DNA of 64,000 nucleotides, taken from NCBI GenBank assembly GCA_036172245.1, contig JAYWIR010000032.1, forward strand, positions 682,001 through 746,000, read 5' to 3'. Position 1 is the stretch's first letter. Every line of letters begins with the position of its first letter. Origin of the DNA: Raillietiella orientalis (taxonomy: Eukaryota). The notes under the pieces were generated by a model. That model did no database searches and was not told the DNA's origin. It was given only the letters and a program-made list of their open reading frames with translations. The translations under genes were made by a program, and so were the position numbers. Shown one piece after another: positions 40,601-52,560 of the stretch.

Positions 40601-42949
40601 GTCACGCCCTGCGGATGCCCATGGACTGTACCATCCGAAGGCGGTACACCTCCAAAGAACGACAAGATGTGTTCTGGGTCCAAGTGCTTTTAGATTGCAG
40701 GCATTTAGTTGCACAGAGATCTCTAGAAAAACTCAACCCGGTGGTTCCACGCGTGATTTCAGACGAAGCACTCAGAAATTCGTTTAACATGAGCAGTGCC
40801 TCCTCCATTCGAAGCTGAGTCGAACCTACCTGATGCACTTCCACAGGGACACTAGCCTGATCATGTGTTGCCTATTGATTTCGAATTACTTCCTCCTATA
40901 ATTCAAGCGTTTGTTTTCAGGCCGGACGTCTCCGCAGCTTCATGGGCCACAGTCGAACTTTCCCTTTTAGTAGGCTTTCTCCACTCGAGTTCGTGGCGGG
41001 AAGCACAGGTACTCTTTGTCCTGAGAGCTCGGCCGCATTCCTTGCAGCTACCCCATGAATCCTTGCATTACAACCGCTACAACATTGATCTGCATTTCCT
41101 CGTTTTGTTGCTGGTTGTCGAGAAATGGTCTCTTCAGCCACAATCCAGGGTTGTCTTCTTTGATCCGGAGGTTGCCGCTCGCAAACCTAACACGTGCAAT
41201 TCCATCATCTCCAGGATTCGAATCTCGTGGGAGCGATCCTCGCTTTCTCCTTCATTCCTGATGTGAAAAAAACGTTCGGCGTTGCAGCCGAATACCTCTC
41301 TGACAGCTGCCCGATATCGCCCAACTTGACATCGCGGCGGATGTCATTCTGGTTGCCCTGGTGCCCGAGCACTGCCTCCTCACACCACCATGGCTCTCCC
41401 ATTTGGCAAGCTGAGTGGGGACGCCGTCGAAAAAGCTTGATTTAAACGAAGCCGGAAACAAATCGAAATCTGCAGCATGGTCAAAATTTATTAATATTTC
41501 TTACTTCGAAGGTGCCTTGGGAATCCACCCTTCGTCCCTAAAGCCCAGCTGCTTCCTTGTTTATTGCACAAGTAATGTGTGGCTCGTTCCCCCTGGCTCT
41601 CGGCGGTTTTCCATTTCGTGTGACAGTTGCACGAAAGAGATGTTCCTTGTTTTGAGGCTGGAGGAAAAAAATTCCGGTCCTCGGTGGAGAAACGTTTCGC
41701 AATGCGCTTCATTTTGACAGTGAGTTTCGTCACCAGTCTTCATCACCATCTATATGATTAACTACTTCATTAACAAATCATGGGAATTCATGGTATAAAT
41801 ACCTGAAGGAGGCATTCCAAAAGTCTCTCAGTAACGCAGAGCATTCCTGCATTCCCACTTGGCCTAAATTTCATCTTATCTCAATGGAAAAAATTCCAAC
41901 ATGTTTTTTTTTCTAAATTATCTTGATTAGTTAGAAGTATTTTGGGAACCTTGCCTTGAAATTTGACGATGCACTCGTCTGTAGGTAGTCCTTCCCTTCC
42001 TATAGGTGGAAACAAAATTCATCTTCCCTTCTAAAAGCATAAACCCCCACTGCTTTTCGTGCGAAGGATTCAAACGTCATCTTTTTCCTTTCCCATGTTT
42101 TCATCCATCTTCATCCTCATCCTCTTATTCAATGTTTGCTCTGGAGATATCCCTTTCTGTTCAGTTGCGGTTCGACTGAGTGGTACCCCTGGTAGTCGCG
42201 TCTTTCACGTGAAAGTCACGTTCTTTCCGCGATCACCATATTCCAGCAAGCAAAGAATCACATTTAATAGCATCTTTGATAAACGCTTTATCTTTAGAGT
42301 GGGAGTTCAGAGAGGACTGAGCGACACGCGGGCTGACTTTTGAATGTTGGAAACTTCCAAACTTTCGAACCGTCCATCAACAAAAGATGCAGGGATAAGA
42401 AGAGCTGGAGCCCAAGCATTTAAAATCACTTGACGGAAAAGGGGTTAATTCGCCAGGAGCAGTTTCTTTGGCAACAGTGGAGTTCTCAGCTTTTTCAGAG
42501 GAATCTTCCAGCGTGGCTCGTGTTTCCGAGTTTCTGTTGGAACCCGAGATGTTCCCTCAAATTAGGGAGTGACGTGAGATTAGTTTTCTCTAGGAGAGGA
42601 AAAGATTCCCAGACTCGGAGTTTGAGAGTCTTCCTGCTCGTTGTGTTTGCTTGACAGGAAAACCCGTTGATCACTTTTGCAGGGCGCAATTGTCTTGACT
42701 CAGCCGTTCAAACTGTGTGACCAGGGGAGCGACAAAGGCTTACTTTCCCGACGAAGAAAGAGGACAATTTCCCAAGTTTAGATTCTGGAAAGCAACGGGA
42801 AGAAGTCTTTCGAATGAACGCAGCCACCAGAGCTGCGAACGCCTGCAAATCCTCGCTTCAGTCTCCGCATTTCCACGAATCGGTGGGTTGGCATGGGAAG
42901 ATATTGTGGTCAGGAGAAATCTCGAAATGACACTTCAAAGTATGCATCG

Positions 42950-43990
42950 TGCTTTGGAGAAGAGCTCCTCATGAAGAGCAAACCATATGGAAGAGAATTC
43001 TTTAGATCGTGGTGCACACACGTGTGTCCTTCCATTCCCTGACAAACGGTCCTGGAAGCATCCATCAGCGTCCGGAAAATGCTTTCCTGCCTTGTCGGAA
43101 CCGGAAACCGTTCTTTGTTCGTCAGCTTCCTTGAGGAAGATCTAGAGGAAACCCACGTCGATTCTTTCGCTTTCGCTCCAAGGCAAGAATCCATCAGTTT
43201 TCGGTAGGACAAGTTACGTAATAACAAAGAAGTGCTGCTCCTATTAAAGAGCGTCGATCCCGTTTCCAGATTCTCAGACGTTTACACTCTCGATTATTCC
43301 GGATCCTGTCGGCGATCTGCAGCAAAATCAAGCAGATTCTGCTACCCATTCTCTGCGGTCTCTCAGAGAATTGAATTCCTAATCTTCTGTACTCTGCTTG
43401 CTCGCCTGAAGTCTCAGGTGACCTTGTGAGTGAGTCCCTTCACCTCCTCAGCGTTGTCTACCCGCAGTACGCACTATGAGATGCTTTGAACGGGATGTTA
43501 TCTGCCTGTTCCCCTATTCACCCCTCATTCATGATGGGGATCTTTTGACTGCTTGCAGCAATGTGATGTGCTCTGGCGGCATTTTTACTTTTGCACAGCC
43601 TTTCCAAAAACTCTTTGCAGAGCTTGAAACTTGCGTTGGTTCAGCTTGAGCACTTATTTCTGGTTTCCATGGTGCTTCTTTCATGAATTCATAAGCCTTC
43701 TCACGCTATTCACATCTCTGAAATTTCCTTCAATTTTGATGAAAACTTTATAAAATACAAATGAGTCTGTATCTCTGAATTTTGTCTCACTGGAAGCATA
43801 AGAAGGCATGATGGGTTAGGAACTCCAGGAGCAGCCTCCATTAAAGTCTTCTTTGGCTGCCGCTTGCGAGCAGCCGTTTGGGCACACTTCAAATCCACTC
43901 TCTTTCCGATAAAGCGATCTTCCACTTTTGAGGATAACATGGAATTCTCGGGTCTTTTGATGCGTGCTGGTCCGTCAGCAGCTCCGAAAG
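42950..43990 (+). pseudogene. Putative endogenous viral element: decayed Bunyavirales (phasmavirus-like) L polymerase core
   Basis: KSKPYGREFF (42974-43003) is motif F-like, TLD[YSGS]CRRSAAKS (43286-43330) is motif A-like, and SFMMGIF* (43525-43548) is motif B-like, about 73 codons after A with one frameshift. In the same frame as B, IKRSSTFEDNMEFSGLLMRAG (about 43909-43971) is motif D/E-like. No intact SDD was found. Confidence 0.5.
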
Positions 43991-46347
43991 ACACTTTCGA
44001 GTTTGACTTTCGATTTGTGTGCCTTATGGGCGAAACTGTGGCTTACCTTCTCTTGGCGATTTTTTTTTCTTCTTCCAAAATGTGCTTGGAACGGATCTGA
44101 TTAACGTTCTGGAAAATGCACGTTTCCATCCTGTTGATATTATTGATAACGGTCTTGCATCAGCGGTGAAATAATTGCACGCTGGTCCGCTCCATGAGAA
44201 GACGAACGCGGAGCACGAAGTGCATCTCAGACGTTGGACAATTTCCATTCTTTGAGCTCTTTTTGTCTGTTCACCTTCATGAATTTTCTTTGAAATTCGA
44301 TTGCCATTTCTGAATAAATGGATTTTTGTAGCTTTCTCATCCCTGAAATAATTTATGTGCAAACGTTCGTTTTGCATCCCAAATTCTCATCAACTGTGGC
44401 TACTTATGCTGACAGATTAGTCACGTGCCATGAGACCTCAGAACTTATGGATGAAATGATATACTTTCAACGAGCAGACTCAAGCAAAAGGCAATGGATC
44501 ATGCATGGGGTTGAAGGGACATGCATCTTTGTTACTGTCCACGGTAACTCCTAATATACTCAAGGGGTTTTAGAAACCACAGTTTCCAACACAATGTAAC
44601 GCTAGAACAAAATGGCGTCTTCTACTTTACTGCAAAGCTTGGGCTTCCCAGCACTTGTCTTTGTGGAATTTAAAGTTCGATAAAGCTGCTTATGGATTCG
44701 TCAGTGAGAAGGAGAAAAAAAATCACTAGAGTCACCCGTTTAATACACATCTTTCGTACAAGAAACGTAACAGGAAGTACATTTAATTCAATCTCATCAG
44801 CAATACAAAAGTTCTTCTGGTCATCCCAGCGTCAGGCTAGGTTCGAATACTGGTAAATATTTCCCACGGCGTAATGTACGTGGATACCAAAATCTCGGAA
44901 TGAGCGCCACAGAAATATCCTTCTGTCCACAATTCATGTTTGATTCTTGTATGCCCAATGTACAGACGATATCAGGGAACGGAAAGCATTGTCCGAAAAG
45001 GAATTCTGAATTATGGATCTCGAAAAACAACGCTCAGTGAGCGAATTTCCGTCAATCTGGAATCCACAAGGAACCCGCGTGATGTATATCCACGAAGTGA
45101 TGGATGGTACAAAAATCCAACGACCCGCATCGTTCGGACGTGGTCTTGACAACGTGCTTCATCGTAGGATGGGTCCGTGTCTCCCTGATCAGGCAAAACC
45201 TCGTGGATTTCATGATTTCCATAAACTTTATGGAGCCTTGAAATTGTTCTGTGTTTTAGGATCGACATTTGAACATACAGTTCAAGCAGTCTCTAATCGC
45301 AGATAATGAGTCCGCAGAAGATCCTTGCAGCCATAGGGATGTCGGTCGTCATAGGGCGCACGGACGGCAACGTCTTCAAGAACCTCAGTTTTCTGTTAAA
45401 AAAAAAGGAACGCAGACTCCAAGAAGGATGCGCTGAAACTTGCAGATGCTACAGGTACTCGGATCAGTGTGGCCAAGCGTTTTGTGATTCCTCGAGGCGT
45501 CTGCATCTTCCGAGAAGCATCGGAAATGTTAGCCGTGCAGCGTCCCATTTTCCTTTCTGCTTTTACGGGGCGGTTCAAACTCCTCAGCAGCATGTTTCGC
45601 TTGCGTCAGACATCTGAGTCGACAAAGATGTAAAGAACCTTACAATCATCCTGACGATTCAATGAATAACGATTACTCATTTCATTATTTCATGAGGAAT
45701 CTGCGCATTCAGCAGTGTTTGCAAAGGAAAACTAATGAATTTCCCCATCTTTCTTCAGCCGGCATGCGTTCCATTGCGGTCTTTCTTTCCGCACGTGTAC
45801 TCTGTAGGTGTATCATCGGTGTACCGGGTCGGCGTCCTTGATAACCGAGTTCGTGTTCCTGCGTGTGAAATTCGTCTTTCGTTCCCGTTTAATTAATTAA
45901 TTAACCGGGTGAATCACGCATTCGGCTGTTTTCTTATTCATCGCTGGAAATCTCAAGGATCGTTTCCCGAGACCGGATGACGTCACGCGCTCTTCGCTTT
46001 CCCGTCTTCCGCCTTAACTTTGAATTTTCGTCACAGATCTGCAGCCGCGCCTGTTCGCCTGCCGTGAATGAAACCAAATTTACAAGTGCGAAGCTCTCGA
46101 GTGGCCGTCCGTGGCTTCCCACCTTGGAGGACCTCGCTGCTTCCAGTTCCGTCCCCTGCACGGCGGCAAGAAGGGGTCTCGGGCTTGCGTGAAATCTCGC
46201 AAAAGTTCCATCATCTTCGCGGTTTACGACTTGGCTACATCCCCGAAAGAGCTTTGAACTGAACTCACAGCTGCTTCGGGGCTACAGCCGCAAAATTACA
46301 GCTGTTGCGAAAGGAGGAGGCAGAGGAAGATGATGAAGAAGACCATA

Positions 46348-46369
46348 ATGATGATGATGATGATGATGA
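46348..46369. repeat. (ATG)7 microsatellite
   Basis: Direct reading of the sequence. Confidence 0.9.
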
Positions 46370-46729
46370 GAGAAAGCAGAAGGATGAAGGGAGGAGGAAG
46401 GCTGACGACGACCGTCCTCTTGTGACAGCAGTCGGCTTCCGACCCCAGGAAAGAAAGAGAGCGACCCCCTGCACCACGATACTGGCATCCGCGATGCTCG
46501 TTCGCTCCCCGAGGCAACCTCCTCCCTAACAAACCTCTTCGAGGCTGCAGTCCCGAAAGGAAGGGGATGTTGGCGTGTTCGCCTTGCACCCCTGCTCGCG
46601 GGCAGGTCTCTCTCGGTCTTCGTGGAAGGCTCACGCACTCTACGCGTGCGTCCGCCGCGCAGCACATGTCGCAGGGGTACACGCTGCCGTGACGTAGGAG
46701 GAAGAAGGGAGCAAGGGAACCAACGACGA

Positions 46730-46830
46730 CGCACCCATTCCTCAGTGTCGATCCTTTCTTCGTTGTGATCGGAGCCCTCAGCGCTTGGTGCCACGCGCGG
46801 AGACCGAAGCCAAAGGCCCTCCAACGCGGG
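46730..46830 (-). repeat. Dispersed repeat family, short copy
   Basis: ggtgccacgcgcggagaccgaagccaaaggccctccaacgcgggc matches ggtgccatgcgtggagactgaagccacaacgcctccaacgcgggc at about 49296-49340. Confidence 0.8.
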
Positions 46831-48869
46831 CATTTGGCAGGTAGGAAGGTTTCATTCTTGAAGCTCTCCGAAATTCTCCCGGAAATTTCCTGGAGGAGGT
46901 GAGCCCGATGTGCACTTCGACGCTTTGCCTCGGTTGCTCGCCGTCCCTGGAAACGCGACGAGAGACTCGGAATTTTCTGCCTCCGTCTCTAGGACTCCGT
47001 CTCACTTCCCCTCCGACCATTTGAAATCCGGACCACAAAGGTGTCTCTTAAAGTGGGGCGGCTTCTTTGCGTCAAGTTCCTCTGAAGGGAGGCGACGCCT
47101 GGCGTCGCGAGGGGTTTCGCATCGACACCAGTCTGCGGCTGTTGATGCATTGCTCAACGCTTCAAATCAGAAAACGATCCCATGAACGGATTTCGAGTTC
47201 CCACCGCTTGCCAGAAGTCCTCTTCCTCACCATTGGGCGGCGCAGGTAAGCAGGCAGCTTCTGAACACTCGGTGACGCACTCTGCAAAGTTTGCTAATCT
47301 TGTGAAGCTCTTCAGATCGTTCCCCAGTCCTTTTGGCAAGCAGGGGCCAGCTCGAATCGCTCGGAACCCGCTGCAGCTATTCGCAGTTTCCAATCCGTGG
47401 AGCACACGCTGCTGCGAAGGAAATTCTCAAGGGGCTCGTATTGGCAACCTCTTCCAGCTCCTCTTTCAAGGTGCTTCGCTCGAAAGTGGTTTCCTGCTTA
47501 CTCCAGTTCACATGGAAAGGATCACGACCTTAATTTGCAAGGAGTACAAAAAAAGCTCCAAGAGACTCCAAGTTGCAAGCTTGCGATGAAGAACGATAAG
47601 GTCCCAATGCAAAAAGTCCAGACCGATAAGGAGCAGTGCCCAAAAGGAGAGAGAAGATAATTTTTACATGAAAAATTCCACGTTGAGCATTTTCCTTTGA
47701 ACCCCGCCATTGTCGGGGTTTAGATAAGTTTTCAGATCCCATTGCACTAAAAAGATAACATCTTATCCTCCTCCCATACTCTTTTCTTTATCAGCGATCA
47801 CCTGAGAACAGTGTAATAACAAGTCAGTGTGTAGAATAATTTTCTCTTGATAAGCAAAACGGCAGTGCCACGGTAGAAGATGCCGGACCGGTGGCGACAT
47901 CAGCAGCTACCGAGAGCGGGAACAGCTGTGTGAACATCAACAGCGACCGTGACCACAGTTGGATGACTCCGCAGCAAGCCATGTGTTTCCACGAGCCCCA
48001 TTCTCAAGGAGTTTGGGGATAGGGATCTCCGGGAGAGATGCGTTCTCGAAGAGGTCGGATGCTGGAAGGGGAAGCCGCGTGCAAGAGAGGAGTCCCCGTG
48101 CTGGCACTTGAAGCAGGCAGCAAAGAAATTCGGTTGTAAAAAATCGCGCGGAGGAGGACACACAAAAAAATCTTCAGGCGTGGAAAAGGCTAATTAAATA
48201 TGAAAATCGCCAGATTTGTTTGCTAATTGCTGCTCTAAGGAAAGAAGAGCAAAGCTGATGGTAGTCTGTGACGGAGCAAATTATCCAAGATGGGAGGTGC
48301 GCAAAGACCTCGAGATGAACGCAGGAATGCATGCATAAATATGTGTGGATGTTTTCGTCGCGCTAAAAGGCGATTTCCGTACAAAGCTTCAAGCGGCGCT
48401 GCTGATCCAACCGAAGATTTATATCCTGATGCTCATCATAGATCAGATGGAAAGCCGGCATGCTGCAGTACCAATGAGGACATCAACATCCAGATGAAAT
48501 ACTTGCCGCCTGTTTGCTCCTTGTCTGTGCAGCTCCAGAAGCTCTGCTGTTTTTTCCCCCGACATCATCCGGGAGTTTCTTCCTGCCCTTCTCGAAATTT
48601 CTGTTTCTCCCGAGTGCCTTTCGTTGGCTCGCGCCTTTCTGTCTGCATCTGACGATCCCGATTCGTAGCCTCGTGCTTTCGTCCATTTCCTTCCAAGGAG
48701 ACCGACAGATAGCCGGTTAAAAATGACCTACTTCTCTGCGCCTCATGTTGCAAGTTAAAGACGAAAGGTTGACCCTCGCAAAAGACTTTGAAGATTCCTT
48801 TTCACTCGAGAGCCGTCTGACTCGCATTTGATCTTCATTTTAAATATTTTTTTTTTTTTTTAAAAAAAA

Positions 48870-49340
48870 GGAAACTCGGGAAGAATCCGCTCTTGGAATT
48901 TCTTCTCCAGAGGGAAACCCCGCAAGGGAGCCGCTGCTTGCTTCGTCCTGTGAAGAAAGCACCGAAGGGACTCTTCCAAATTTCTTTAAAGGGCTCTGCC
49001 CGAAGGAAGTAGCCCGCTTCATGCACTCCGGAGAGGCAACACTTTGAACGGGCATCAACCGTCTCCATGGTAGGGCTCCATCTTCACAACCTCAGAGAAC
49101 CGACATTTTAATTCCTTGAAGGACCCCAGAGGGTCAACTTCCAATCCGGGGGTTTCCGATTGACACCAGCGTTTCACCCGGAGCCTGTAAGCCAACCAGC
49201 GTCATCCTGGAGGGGAAGGGGGACTGGAAACCCATCACGAGCCCATTTCTCGGCGTCGGTCCTTCCCCGGGTGTGATTGAAACCCCCAACAACCGGTGCC
49301 ATGCGTGGAGACTGAAGCCACAACGCCTCCAACGCGGGCG
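48870..49340 (-). repeat. Dispersed repeat family, copy 2
   Basis: It is colinear with 34555-35030 (see that entry) and its low-coordinate end abuts an A/T homopolymer tract. Confidence 0.8.
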
Positions 49341-52249
49341 TAGGAGGTTTATGCACCTTTGGATGCGGTGTTACACAAGCTTGGGTGACACCACGGAAGA
49401 TCGAACGCATCATTTTGGTGGCGCTTCCTTGCGTTCTTCGTCATGACAACATCTCTGAATGAAGGCTGCCATCTACCGTGAAGCTTTCAGTGCCGTGTTT
49501 TTTTGAAAGCTCCATTTGACATCCGTAGCCAACCTCTCATTTGTGAGCCACATCTTGCACCACAGAACACCAAAGGATCATTAGAGTGGTCGGGGGTTCG
49601 AGGGATTTTCCTCGCGTTGCCCGTCGGAGGTTTTTTCCATCAAAAGGCAAAGACGGATGGAAGCTTCTTTATCATTTCTTTCGCAGCGCACGTCAGAAGA
49701 GCGAAAGTGTTCGTTGCGCAGGTGGACCTCGCGAAAATCGTCTTCCTGGAGAGAGTGACACTCTGTGATTTAAGGCAAAATGATCCTTTCGGATGGGACT
49801 TGCGCTAAGAGATTGAACGCAAATATGAAAGCCAATGTTGGATGCTGGCACTCGGAACAGAACGCCAGGACGGCACTCCAAATTTTTCAAAATTTCCTCC
49901 CATCTAGACAAGGAAGTATCCATCTATGAATTCTTATTGAACGACAAGGCTTTGCGTCCTAGAGAGAGGTTTGAGGTAGAAGAATCGTTTACATTTTCGA
50001 GAAAGGTTTTTTTTCCCCAAAGATGTCCATCCGAGGTCAGGAACGCACGCGGGGAAGCTGTATTCACTTTTGCATTCCTCTTCTTAAGAGATGTACTTCA
50101 AGAACGGTTCCGAAAGTCATTCTTGAGCCCAACGATGGCTGTAAACGGGGAGTCGACCATCCCATTGTACAGACCGACTCCGTGTACTCTGAAAGCGGAC
50201 GGACGCTGGCTTGGGGTGATCTTTGAGTTCATGCTGTGATCTTGCGAATATTCAGAGGGAGGGTTCAACGGCACGGTGCCAATAAATTGCGAAGACCTGC
50301 AAATAACGTGGAAAACTGTTCCAGTTTCCAGGAAACCTGTTTACTTCCATTCACGATCGCATCTCGGATGGAGCGCAGACAACACAAGATGACAAAAATT
50401 ATTGTATCTTGAAATCATTATGTGCAGGGAGGTCGAGGAGAGTGTTTTTTTTTTTTTTGTGTGTGTGTGTGTTTGCATCAGAAGAGATTCTTATGGTGGT
50501 CTGAATTTCGGTTCCGTGTCTTACCTGGGCACATGCGATGCCGCGAAAGACGAATCCATGAAAGCAAAATCTCATCCACGAAGCAGCCAGCACATAAAGC
50601 ACCATGTGCTTCTTTCTGAAAAGGAAATGTCACATTCAGGCTTTCATTCCGAAAATAATTCATTTGCATGAAGCAAACATCAGCATGGAGTTGGTACAGA
50701 ACGTGGAGGAGGTTCCCGGTGCAAAGAGACGTTTTCAATGAATGACGACTGTCTTTTTTTTTTCAGTAGCCGCAATAAATTCCAGAAGACTATCGTGCCC
50801 TAATACAAACAAATATGGGGCTTATTTTACACATGGAATAGAACAATCCTAATGTAACATCTACCTTTCAATAGAGTCTATTGAGGTTGAAGGAGGAGTC
50901 GCGCATCCAAAGACAAAGACGGCACTGGCAGCGCGGAATCACGAGAAAAAAAGAGGCAGTTGAGATTTGGGGTATTAAAGGTAGGGTACACTGATCTGAC
51001 CCGGATAGGCTGCTCGAGCATGCCTTTCAGTTTGGAGCATCCTGAGAGACGCGGACGTGGGGCAGTGGTCTTTTAATCAAGTAGGGAAATCACTGCTTTT
51101 CTTTGCGGTGGATCACAATTGACTCGTGTCGTCCGATCCGTTGGCACTGTTTATTAAGGGAGTTTGAGAATCATCGGGAAGGAAGGAGCTGAAGACTTCT
51201 TCGTGGGAACTACGCAGTACGCATCAGAATCCGTGTGCACAAACTCAGCTATCTTTTGCACGTGAAAACCAACCGACCCACCGACCCCTCCAATTTCGTC
51301 GGCTCTTGTGCTCACTTCTTCCTATGGAACGGAACCGCAGCGCCATGAGATGCAGCGCTTGTAATACGGAAAATTACTCATGCATCATTTACCAAAGGAT
51401 CAGCTTGCTTCGAATTACAGCAGGGCAAGCGTGTTCCACCCAGTTGTGATCGTCCCATGATTCCCATCCCATCTCGCTTTCCCGGCGATTCACCTGGCAA
51501 GGCGGCATGAGATCCCAAGGTATTCCTTCTGCCTGATTCGTCTTCTGACCCCAACATCTCTAAGAGATCTCTTAGCTAAGAGGATCTAAGCAGCTGGAAG
51601 CGATGCGAAAGAATCAATTAAAATAGGTGCAGGGAAGAAAAATAGGCCAACAACAGAGGTCTGTGGAGATTGCTTGTGGGAAGAAGACTGGGGGCTGCGA
51701 AAAAAAAAATGAGTCCTCCTCCAAACTTCCAAGAGAGAGGTTTCCCGTTTCTGGTTTCGTTCCATCATTGCATGTCTCAAGTGCCGAATAACGGAAATCG
51801 AGCTCCACCAGGTGCTGCTCAGCACCGCTTGGCTGGGGTGAAGACCTCGGCGTGCTTCTTTCTTCGATTGCCGAACGAAGGAAAAGACAGCCTCTCGTGC
51901 CTTCATTCCTTGTTCTGCAGGTAAAAGTAACTGCCATTTTGATGATGAGGAATCAATGTGTCCACGAATTCCGAGCAACTGCACTTTGGCATCGGAGAAC
52001 CCACGATTAGATGAGTCTAATAGCAACGCGGTCTTAGCTCATTGCAGTCCCAGTGGAGCAGCACTATCTTTCCCACGGATGCTGCAATGGAGAGGGTGTC
52101 CTGAATTCGGAAACACGGACTTCATATTCCGAAGTTTTGTTTTGTTTTCTCCGTATGATCTCCGCTGACCATGGATGAGACGGGCACAAGGAAAGATACA
52201 GCAGCAACATCTGCCAAGTTCCCTCTTCCCATACCCTTCCGAGACACCA

Positions 52250-52560
52250 AATGAATAACCATTCTTCTGCAGGAGAGGACATAGGTGGCCAGCAGGTTGG
52301 CTGAGCAGGTGGTTGGGACCCTATAGGAAACATCGGACGATGACCAGTCTCCGAGGACCGCAAAGCACCTGCACGGCTGCCACGTTGGAAGAAGCTGAGC
52401 CTCATCTACGATGTTCATCGACGCAAGGATGGTGAGCGGAGCGCTTGCCCTGCAGGCATGGGAAAACGCACACAGCCAAGTGCCTTGGCTGAAAGCGAGT
52501 CCAGAGTGTGGCAGCCCTTTGTTCCAAGCGTATTCCACGATAGCCCGAGATCCTGATCTT
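52250..52560 (+). mobile_element. Possible L1-like ORF2 fragment (very decayed)
   Basis: QERT*VASRL and a later ALALQAW loosely match the post-RT region of L1 ORF2. The match is weak. Confidence 0.25.

Noticed and set aside
46305..46529. Acidic low-complexity ORF
   Set aside because: It is explained by the (ATG)n microsatellite and purine-rich simple sequence.
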